In this document: positions 47,030 through 54,935 of the stretch, in pieces | How positions within the stretch are numbered: position 1 is the stretch's first letter | How the letters are laid out: each line of letters starts with the position of its first letter | IMG/VR virus record: IMGVR_UViG_3300041964_000148 | Reading direction: 5' to 3' (one strand) | Length of the DNA stretch: 64,000 nt | Source: a virus | Taxonomy: Duplodnaviria; Caudoviricetes | The notes under the pieces: generated by a model | Databases searched by the model: none | The model's input: the letters and a program-made list of their open reading frames with translations, nothing else | What the model was told of the DNA's origin: nothing | Program-made: the position numbers and the translations under genes

Positions 47030-47893
47030 ATGACCTTTTTTATCGGCGTTCACGACGTGACCGATGCCATCCTTTTTGGCAATTGTATGATTTCTGTGAA
47101 CCGCCTCAAGGCAACTAAGGGAAGATCTAACTGGTATTGTTGGCTCAAATGGTATTGGGGCAGCGATCGCACTAAACCCTTCAAGTCAAGGCAATCAACA
47201 AGGAAGCGAACCGCGAGGAAAGCTCCTTTCCCTGTGAAGAACTGGATTCTCGATTCTGGGGCATTTACGTGCCTCGAAACGATGGGAACACAAATGTGTA
47301 TTGCAGAATATGTATCCCTGATTGAATACTGGCATCAGCATGGCAATTTATTAGCCATTGTTACTCAAGATTATATGTGTGGGCAGTTCATGCTGGAGAA
47401 GACGCGCCAAACCGTGGAGGTTCACCAGCGCTTGACTGTCTACCGTTACGATGCAATTCAAAAATTACTGAATGCTCGTGGGATAAACGTATATCAAATG
47501 CCCGTTCTCCAAGGATATCAACCAGAAGAATATGTAGAACATATCCGACTATATGGCGATCGCCTGAAGTCGGGGATGTGGGTTGGGGTTGGCAGTGTTC
47601 GCGACCGAAATGACAAGCCTAAAGAATTAGAGGCAGTATTTCTCGCTATTCGTAGGGAGCTTAAGGCGCAGGGGCTAGAAGATATCAAGCTCCACGGGTT
47701 TGGATTAAAGGAGAAGGCTCTTAAACATCCTCTTGTTGACGCTTTGGTCGATACTACCGACTCAATGAGTTGGGAATACGATGCGGGGAGAAAGAATGTG
47801 AGGGGTGATAAACGTCGGGCATTGGGAGTTCAATACGAACAAAAAATGAATGGGCGATCGCGCCAATTAGTACTCACTGATTTGTTTGTATAA
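47030..47893 (+). CDS. tRNA-guanine transglycosylase-fold protein (DpdA-like candidate)
   Basis: WILDSGAFT, QDYMC, PVLQG, GVGSV, LHGFG, DSMSW. Confidence 0.7.
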   Translation: MTFFIGVHDVTDAILFGNCMISVNRLKATKGRSNWYCWLKWYWGSDRTKPFKSRQSTRKRTARKAPFPVKNWILDSGAFTCLETMGTQMCIAEYVSLIEYWHQHGNLLAIVTQDYMCGQFMLEKTRQTVEVHQRLTVYRYDAIQKLLNARGINVYQMPVLQGYQPEEYVEHIRLYGDRLKSGMWVGVGSVRDRNDKPKELEAVFLAIRRELKAQGLEDIKLHGFGLKEKALKHPLVDALVDTTDSMSWEYDAGRKNVRGDKRRALGVQYEQKMNGRSRQLVLTDLFV

Positions 47894-47951
47894 CTTTTGT
47901 TACAATTAGGGAAACACAGTACTCTGTGATCTAATTTTTTAAGGCAAAACC

Positions 47952-48644
47952 ATGCAAGAGAAAGTCGAAGTTAAATTACTGCTCGACCAGTACCAAATCG
48001 AATTAATTCGAGACTGGGTTAAGGGAGCGCAGGACAACCTGCACGACCAAAACAATGGCTGGGAGTGGGGCATCAATGCCCCAGCGAATTACAACGAGGA
48101 GCATTTAATGCGTTATGGCACAACCTCGCACGAGGAGGCTCAAGGTCTACTTGAGGACATCACACATCAATTGCCGCCAACACAAGATCAGGAATTGGTT
48201 GCTACTGAAAAAGAGAAAAATATGCACTGCATGGAATGCAACTATATATGGAACGCCCATGAAGAGTGGAAGCCAGAGCTAACTTGTCCTCAGTGTGACA
48301 GTGGGGACATTGCAAGCACGACTCCCAGCCAGCTCTCAGACCAATTATTGGATGAAGTAGAGCCATTAATAGTAGGCTGGGTCAAGTATTGCGAAGGCAA
48401 ACTACTGCAAATTGACGGCACTGTGTGCAGCACAAGCGATATTGAAGTTTTACTAAAAGATACAATTCCGACAAAAGACGGCTCAGAAATTGTTGCCTGC
48501 TCTCTAGAGATTCCAGGTGTACCTAACCCTTGGTCAGCAACCGATGATTGTTTTGGCTATGAGTACGATCAAAAGAAAGACAGGACAACGTATCATTTCT
48601 ACGGGAAAACTGCCGAGCTACTAAGGAAATTGTTCTCGGTGTAG
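47952..48644 (+). CDS. Hypothetical protein with Zn ribbon
   Basis: CMEC...CPQC; GGCAAAACC leader. Confidence 0.6.
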   Translation: MQEKVEVKLLLDQYQIELIRDWVKGAQDNLHDQNNGWEWGINAPANYNEEHLMRYGTTSHEEAQGLLEDITHQLPPTQDQELVATEKEKNMHCMECNYIWNAHEEWKPELTCPQCDSGDIASTTPSQLSDQLLDEVEPLIVGWVKYCEGKLLQIDGTVCSTSDIEVLLKDTIPTKDGSEIVACSLEIPGVPNPWSATDDCFGYEYDQKKDRTTYHFYGKTAELLRKLFSV

Positions 48645-48771
48645 ATCTTGGAAACCTTTGATCGCGTAAAATAACAACAACTTACAAAACCCGCTGGGTG
48701 ATTTATTCACCCAGCGGGTTTTGCTTTTTCTCATCACGGAGAACCGTGACGAACACCATATTCTTATAAAA

Positions 48772-50997
48772 ATGCCTAATCCTCTACCTCTCAAGTCGCA
48801 TACCCTCCAGATCAAGCCCATCCCCCCAGCTTCACCAACAAAACCCGCAGTCCCCCTGGCTGAAGAGTTTGACCTCAATTCCCGCGCCACAATCCGAATG
48901 TTTCAACTGGCGCGGAAACAGGGGTGGAAAACACTGCCCAAAGTGGAGGTCGTTTCAGGGAAATTGAAAATCAATGGGGAGGCGATCGCGCGCGCTTACC
49001 CATCTGAATCAATCCCGATTAACGCCACCATCTCTATCCCCCCTTTGGATAATCCAACTGCGATTATTAAGCGGGATGACTATTTGTCCCTTGTTGTGGT
49101 CGGCACAGAAGTTGGCGTGGCGCAGGATGCCAGCATTGGCAAAAGTTTCAGATATCGTGACCCACAAACCAAACAGATGGCAATCGCGCCTCCAGGGACT
49201 GAGAATTCCAGGGAGTATCGTTCCTTTTGGCTGCTGGCTTTAAGTGGGCAACCCCTTACACCGGAAGATATTCTGGGTTCAACGAGCTTGGAAGCGAGTG
49301 GCGATCGTCGGGTTGCGATCGTTAACAATTTCGACTCAGGTTTCTTAGTTGCGCCTGGGCTGCGATATTGGGCAGCAGACCCCAACTGGACAAGTGGGCT
49401 GGCGTATACACTCTTGCCGGAGTGTATTGAAGTTCTGCCAATTTGTACAATTAAGAGAATCCAAAACTTCGTTGAAGATGGTTCAACCCAAGGGTTTGGG
49501 GGAGAAGCGCCTCTTACTAATGATCTTATTTCACCCCTAGCGTCCCTCGAACTAGGCGACCTGAAAACAGAGGTTGAGCGGCGGGTTTTAGAAATTTGTG
49601 CTGGAATACCGGGACGGGGCAAGACCAATAAGCGGATTATTCTTAATTTAAGTGCAGGGCAAGCCGGGGGAAATCCTGGTCGTGCTGGGGTAGCTGCTTC
49701 GTCGCCCAACGGAAGTTATTGCATGGGCAATGATCAGCGGGTTAGCTTTACTAATGAGCAGATTACCCAGACGCTGGGGGTTCAGATAGTTGTCGCGAGT
49801 AACGATGGGTCTGGGAAGGCACGATTAGCTGTTGGCTTGAACACGAATGCCCCTCTAGGCTCTATTTTTAGCCCCGACCGGACTCAACACCGCATCTACT
49901 CGACAGATGGGGTTGAGCAATCATCATTGGGTTCTTTCAGTAACCTGGGTGGCAACGGTTCATTACAGTGGGTGGCGGGGGAAAACTCCTCAATCCGTCC
50001 TGGCAGTACCGTTTTCTTCGTGCCGGCAATCATTTATCCCAGTGGCAGCGGTTTCTCTGTTCCTCTTTCCGTCGCCGAACGTGCTTGGTACGGGCAAGGG
50101 GCGGTGACGGCGGCGTTGTCGCCGGAGAATGTGCGGTTTGGTCTGCACAACGACTTGGATGCCTTTGAGTCGCCGGCGAAAGGGGAGCCGTACATCGTAA
50201 TTTATGGCAGTGAGCGAATGGCGCTGCACTATATCTATAAGTTGGTCACTGTGACGGCTGACCCTAATGGGGTAGTTTCTATCCCCTTGGCAGAACGCGG
50301 CTGTTTTGCCTTTATCCAGGGGACTCAAGGGCGAATTGATGCCCCAGCCTACAAAGGAGTTCCATCCGGAAAGACTGTACAGGCACTCGTATACTACCCA
50401 CCGAGAAGCCAGGAAACATGGCAGTTGCAGTTGAAGTACCCTGAGTATCAGGGAATTGGTGCGTCTGACCCAGCATTCCTCAATGGGGCAACTATTGCCA
50501 GTCCTGTTCAGCAGTTTATCCACACGCAAGGGGGTGGATTGTCTGTTCATGCTGTTAACGCAGTTCTCCGCGAAAGTTGTGTAGCCTCCCATCTACCTCG
50601 TGTAGAATCGGCTGTGGCTGCACACGAATTCAACGCCCCAATTCAGATATCGGGTGAAGCGTACAACGGACCCATCACGTTCCGGGGCGATATCCCTCTA
50701 CTCCCAGCCCGGAACTTAGTATTTCCTAGCCCTGGACAAGTGCTGGAAGTGAAGACAGTGGCTGGAACGAGAGAGCGATCGCTTAACGTTGCCCTCTACT
50801 CCAATGGGTATCCTTTAGGCTTCCGCGCCTCGGTTCTGGCATCTCGTAGTCCCTTTCAAGTGTTCGTGGCATTTGCTGTGAAGAAAAGGGATGTGACGCG
50901 GTTGGTGATTATTACCCACAACTGCCGTGGCGCGGCTGGAGAGGATGTAATATTGGATGCAGGACAAGAAAGCGCAATTGATATTTTTGAATTATGA
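48772..50997 (+). CDS. Large hypothetical protein, probably virion/tail-associated
   Basis: 741-aa G/S/P-rich, beta-rich ORF; ATG 48772 lies after the hairpin. Confidence 0.6.
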   Translation: MPNPLPLKSHTLQIKPIPPASPTKPAVPLAEEFDLNSRATIRMFQLARKQGWKTLPKVEVVSGKLKINGEAIARAYPSESIPINATISIPPLDNPTAIIKRDDYLSLVVVGTEVGVAQDASIGKSFRYRDPQTKQMAIAPPGTENSREYRSFWLLALSGQPLTPEDILGSTSLEASGDRRVAIVNNFDSGFLVAPGLRYWAADPNWTSGLAYTLLPECIEVLPICTIKRIQNFVEDGSTQGFGGEAPLTNDLISPLASLELGDLKTEVERRVLEICAGIPGRGKTNKRIILNLSAGQAGGNPGRAGVAASSPNGSYCMGNDQRVSFTNEQITQTLGVQIVVASNDGSGKARLAVGLNTNAPLGSIFSPDRTQHRIYSTDGVEQSSLGSFSNLGGNGSLQWVAGENSSIRPGSTVFFVPAIIYPSGSGFSVPLSVAERAWYGQGAVTAALSPENVRFGLHNDLDAFESPAKGEPYIVIYGSERMALHYIYKLVTVTADPNGVVSIPLAERGCFAFIQGTQGRIDAPAYKGVPSGKTVQALVYYPPRSQETWQLQLKYPEYQGIGASDPAFLNGATIASPVQQFIHTQGGGLSVHAVNAVLRESCVASHLPRVESAVAAHEFNAPIQISGEAYNGPITFRGDIPLLPARNLVFPSPGQVLEVKTVAGTRERSLNVALYSNGYPLGFRASVLASRSPFQVFVAFAVKKRDVTRLVIITHNCRGAAGEDVILDAGQESAIDIFEL

Positions 50998-51248
50998 ACA
51001 ACAACGAAGAAACAATCGAAATCCCAAAGTCTATTGTCATGGAAGTAATGGAGAATCTTCAAAAAACATATGGGTTGCTAAAAAGCACGGAGAAGGTTGA
51101 GGAAAAGGTTCTACCACTTCGGGTAGGGCGTGCAACGGAACTAACTCAGGTGACTCTCAAGAATTTGTCGCAGGTTATCCCGGAATTGAAGGACAAGCCG
51201 GTAGAAAAGTTGCTCCAAGAAGGTATAGACCTAGCTGAAGAGCAATAA
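50994..51248 (+). CDS. Hypothetical protein
   Basis: ATGA-coupled. Confidence 0.5.
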   Translation: MNNNEETIEIPKSIVMEVMENLQKTYGLLKSTEKVEEKVLPLRVGRATELTQVTLKNLSQVIPELKDKPVEKLLQEGIDLAEEQ

Positions 51249-51257
51249 TCAAAATAA

Positions 51258-51491
51258 TCAAGCAACCTGAGATTGAGATTGCAGAACAGAGGCAGTCGGC
51301 ACTAACTTCCAGCCGGACTGCCTTAATTTTTGATAAGTTGCCCACCCTTTTGAGCCACGAGCAATGCGACAATCTGGTACAGCGTATTGTCTCAAGCTCG
51401 TATAGGGAACCCAATGACTCTCACTTGTAACTTTTAGATGGAGGATTTTCTCGGAATTTCCGCCTAGGGGAGCCAACCAACACATTTGCAT
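51258..51491 (-). CDS. Cyanobacterial-type hypothetical protein
   Basis: W.PY....VPD....SKGWATYQ.L...GW. Confidence 0.55.
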   Translation of the reverse strand: MQMCWLAPLGGNSEKILHLKVTSESHWVPYTSLRQYAVPDCRIARGSKGWATYQKLRQSGWKLVPTASVLQSQSQVA

Positions 51492-51616
51492 AAATTTCGT
51501 CCAAAATTTACATCAGATTAGCGTATTCTTGAGACTGAAGAAATAACATTTTGCGAAGATTCTGAGAGAAAAAATGAGTGGCAAGCCCTCGTGGCTTGCC
51601 ACTTGGCGAAACAAGA

Positions 51617-51895
51617 TTAACTATTGATTACATCAGGGTGGGGTATGCTCCAAACATCATCCAAAACCTCTAATTCATCGGTGTCGTCAATTGTTGTGTG
51701 ATCTCCATCACCCCAAAAACAAATTATTTGCCCTGATCGCCATTCTGAACTTAAACTTTCGCACAGCCGCATACAAACGCCTATATCACCTTGACATGGA
51801 TTAATCATTCGCACTCTGACACAAGGTTGAATGTAATCAACCCTCTCGTCAGAAGAACTCCAACTCATAAATTCTTTGAACTCTGCACCTGTCAT
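51617..51895 (-). CDS. Hypothetical protein
   Basis: ATG ORF followed by a hairpin. Confidence 0.45.
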   Translation of the reverse strand: MTGAEFKEFMSWSSSDERVDYIQPCVRVRMINPCQGDIGVCMRLCESLSSEWRSGQIICFWGDGDHTTIDDTDELEVLDDVWSIPHPDVINS

Positions 51896-51990
51896 GTGTC
51901 TTTTCCCTAAACATCAATTGGTTATGCTCTCGCTTATCGGCAACCCTAGTGGGATTTGTCTCTTAGCGCAAACAAATTGTTACAATTGTA

Positions 51991-52398
51991 TTGAAGTTAT
52001 GGACAAAAAGACATGGTAGCATTTTGGGAAATGGCTTGTTAGTGGTCTACCACTTACAGGAAGAAGTCTTTGTGTATTTTGACTTCTGTTGTTTCAATCC
52101 CACTGATTTTGGTTCTTTTAGGGGATTTTATTCTGATCTGGCAATTGGATATGAACAGTTGCCAACTCCGTCAACAATTAAAGATTTTCGGCTTAAATTA
52201 CAGGCGATCGCTAATGGTCAAACATTCACAGGATGGAAAGGAGGCAGCTACAATATGGACGGAGACTCAAGGATATGGGTCGCAAATTCAGGAGAGGCAA
52301 CTGAAACAGTATTGATTGACGCTATATATATCCCCGACAACGAACGGTTAGTACTAAAGACCGACTATTTTCCCTATTCGGAAGTCCACTGGGGTTGA
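51991..52398 (+). CDS. Hypothetical phage protein (start uncertain)
   Basis: SFRGFYSDLA...F.GWKGG.Y.M. Confidence 0.55.
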   Translation: MKLWTKRHGSILGNGLLVVYHLQEEVFVYFDFCCFNPTDFGSFRGFYSDLAIGYEQLPTPSTIKDFRLKLQAIANGQTFTGWKGGSYNMDGDSRIWVANSGEATETVLIDAIYIPDNERLVLKTDYFPYSEVHWG

Positions 52399-53858
52399 CG
52401 TACTCCCTCGGCTGAAGCACGAGGGATTCTCAAAGGATGTTACGAGGCAGGCTGAAGCCGTGCCTCTCCACCCTTTTTCCTGCTTCGCAGACTCTTAACT
52501 AGACCGTTGCCAGTCCCCGTCAGACCGTCTCCACAGGCAATTTCTTCCACGCTGCGTCCCAGCGCAGAGATCCCTCTATTGCGGATCACTTGTGCTGCTG
52601 CCACATCCCGATGGGTTGTGTAGCCGCATTCAGGACAAGCATGAAGCCTGTCGCTTAGTTCTTTCTTTCCGGTATGCGTATCGCATTGAGGACACACTTG
52701 CGAGGTGTAATCCTTATTCACCTTATCGAAGTAAACACCCCGTTTCCAGCACACCCATTGCAGAATTGAAACGAACTGTCCAAATCCAGCATCAAGGGTA
52801 TGTTTACCAAGCATCCCTTTTGCCCAAGTGCGGAAGTTGATATCCTCAACAAACAGCATTCCAGCTTCGTCACAAAGTTTGTGAGCCAACTTGAAATGCC
52901 AGTCTTTACGAGTGTCCGCAATGCGCTGGTGCAATCGTGCAATTTTCCGAGTGAGCCTGTGCCGATTATTTGAGCCTTTCTGCTTGTGCTTCAGCCTGCG
53001 TTGCAGCAATGTCAGCTTGCGTTGCAGTTCTTGAAGGAAACGAGGGCGTTCAATCAGCGCTCCATCAGACGTTGCAGCAAATTTGTCTAACCCTAAATCA
53101 ATCCCCCTCGGATGCCCACTAGGGACAGGATCAGGTATATTTACATCACATTCAAGCGTGAACATCAGGAAGTACCCCGAAGCCTTACGAACCACCCGAA
53201 CCTGCTTCACGATAAAGCCGTCCGGGATGTCGCGAGACTTGACGTATTCCACCCACCCCAACTGTGGCAATTTGATTTGACTCCCCTTCAAGAATTGAGA
53301 CTTACCCAACTGCGGATACACAAATGAGCGCATCCGATATCGGTTCTTGAATCGGGGAAACCCCAGACCTTTGCGCTTCATGTCGATAAAAGCGGTTTCC
53401 AGCTTTCTCAGAACTTGCTGCAACACCTGAGCATTCACAGTTTTAAGTTCTCTTAATTGCTCTTTTGCCAGTGTTAGAGACTTGGCTTGAGCGTTGTAGT
53501 TAGGGTAAGGTTCATCAGCCGAGATGATGTACTCAGAAATGATGGAGCAAGCATTTACCGGACATTTACGAGAATTAATCCAGTCTTTGCGTTCACGTAA
53601 AGCAAAGTTCCAGACTTTTCGACACACCATTAAAGTGTGTTCGATTAGCTGGACTTGCTCATCTGTCGGCATTGCTTTGTACTCGTAAGTTAGGGTTAAC
53701 ACTGCTTTCACCTCCTTCTACAAATCATACCCTAGCTTTGTAGAAGTTGAGACAAAGCGTAAATACTCTTACGATTAAACCCGGACAAACAGAGGGCTAA
53801 AGCCCTGAGTTAGCTTTCATCCCCCGGTTGAAACGCGGGGGTTCTCAGCATCTTTTCG
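52395..53858 (-). mobile_element. IS200/IS605-family (tnpB-only) element
   Basis: Left end after TTTAT (53859-53863) with hairpin 53821-53841; right-end hairpin 52404-52426 ending TCAA. Confidence 0.85.
52440..53711 (-). CDS. tnpB: RNA-guided endonuclease TnpB
   Basis: GIDLG, VEDI, TSQVCPQC...CPEC, HRDVAAA. Confidence 0.92.
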   Translation of the reverse strand: MKAVLTLTYEYKAMPTDEQVQLIEHTLMVCRKVWNFALRERKDWINSRKCPVNACSIISEYIISADEPYPNYNAQAKSLTLAKEQLRELKTVNAQVLQQVLRKLETAFIDMKRKGLGFPRFKNRYRMRSFVYPQLGKSQFLKGSQIKLPQLGWVEYVKSRDIPDGFIVKQVRVVRKASGYFLMFTLECDVNIPDPVPSGHPRGIDLGLDKFAATSDGALIERPRFLQELQRKLTLLQRRLKHKQKGSNNRHRLTRKIARLHQRIADTRKDWHFKLAHKLCDEAGMLFVEDINFRTWAKGMLGKHTLDAGFGQFVSILQWVCWKRGVYFDKVNKDYTSQVCPQCDTHTGKKELSDRLHACPECGYTTHRDVAAAQVIRNRGISALGRSVEEIACGDGLTGTGNGLVKSLRSRKKGGEARLQPAS

Positions 53859-54033
53859 ATAAAAAGTTGCCAATAAGCGATCGCACACCCTTCCTTCCAT
53901 CACAACCGACAAACCCACCGAAGCTGCATTCGGTGGGCTTTTGCTTTCATCACGGAGAACCGTGACGATGAAAAGTCACTTTTAAACTTTAGTACTTCGT
54001 TATAATACATATAGACGTTATTTAAAGCAAATC

Positions 54034-54564
54034 ATGAATTGGTCAATAAAGAACACTGTTGCTGAATCCCTTCGGCTACCAGTAGGAGAAAGGTTTTCCC
54101 CTGGAGGCTTCAGATGTGAGGATATGCCCGATATGACAGAAGAAGCGGCAGAATACCTAATTAAAAAGGATTGGGAAGGTGAAGTTAGAACACAATCAGA
54201 AATAATAGTTATTGCTCGATTATTAGGAGCATTTGAAGGATATATCGATTTCTTGTTAGTCCCAAACCCTGAAACTATTACACCTCAACCAAAGAGTAGT
54301 AAAGATCCTCTTGGGAGCGTAATGGGAGAAAAAAGACAGTTACTGGCGCATCAAATTATTAAAAGATGGCAGCCTTTATTTGGCTCAGGATGCTTTCCAG
54401 ATGCCAGGTTTATGGCTGATCTAATTGACGAATATATTCGGATTGATGAACAGGGCTTACTAAGTGAGATTCTTACTGGTAGAGCCTTTGAAGATGTCCC
54501 GAATTGGTTGATTCTACACCACCTCTGCGAAGTGGCACGAGTTTACTACTCAAAACACAGGTAA
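54034..54564 (+). CDS. Hypothetical protein
   Basis: TATAAT at 54001, TAAAGCAAATC leader, terminator 54583-54622. Confidence 0.65.
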   Translation: MNWSIKNTVAESLRLPVGERFSPGGFRCEDMPDMTEEAAEYLIKKDWEGEVRTQSEIIVIARLLGAFEGYIDFLLVPNPETITPQPKSSKDPLGSVMGEKRQLLAHQIIKRWQPLFGSGCFPDARFMADLIDEYIRIDEQGLLSEILTGRAFEDVPNWLILHHLCEVARVYYSKHR

Positions 54565-54653
54565 TAACTTCGCGATCACTTGAAATAACCCCCCGAAAAT
54601 ATTTTTCGGGGGGTTATTTTTTTCGCCACGGTTCTCCGTGATGAACAACACAA

Positions 54654-54884
54654 CTACCAAAACTCATTGCCAACAGGTGACCCCCAATCCGTTGGTCTAT
54701 GGCAATTCTCTGGGGTCACTCCCTCTAATAACTCTTCCAACGTATAGCTCGGCACTTGAGATTTTTTAATCTCAACCAATGTTACCGATTCAACTTCTCG
54801 CAGCATTGCCGCGATTTGTGAGCTAATCTGTTGAGGAAACTCCGATTCAACACAGACCTTAATAATCAAAGTTGTTTCTGCCAT
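54654..54884 (-). CDS. Orphan protein with MazE/PemI-like antitoxin tail
   Basis: YTLEELLEGVTPENCH...DWG.PVG.E.W; no AbrB fold apparent; no mazF nearby. Confidence 0.65.
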   Translation of the reverse strand: MAETTLIIKVCVESEFPQQISSQIAAMLREVESVTLVEIKKSQVPSYTLEELLEGVTPENCHRPTDWGSPVGNEFW

Positions 54885-54935
54885 GAGGCGACTTCCCTCT
54901 TAACAATAAAGCAATTGTAGCAATCAATTAATGCG

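Noticed and set aside
49080-50592. Long antisense ORFs (209 and 200 aa)
   Set aside because: Shadows of the 48772-50997 gene with no motifs, unlike the MTase beta frames
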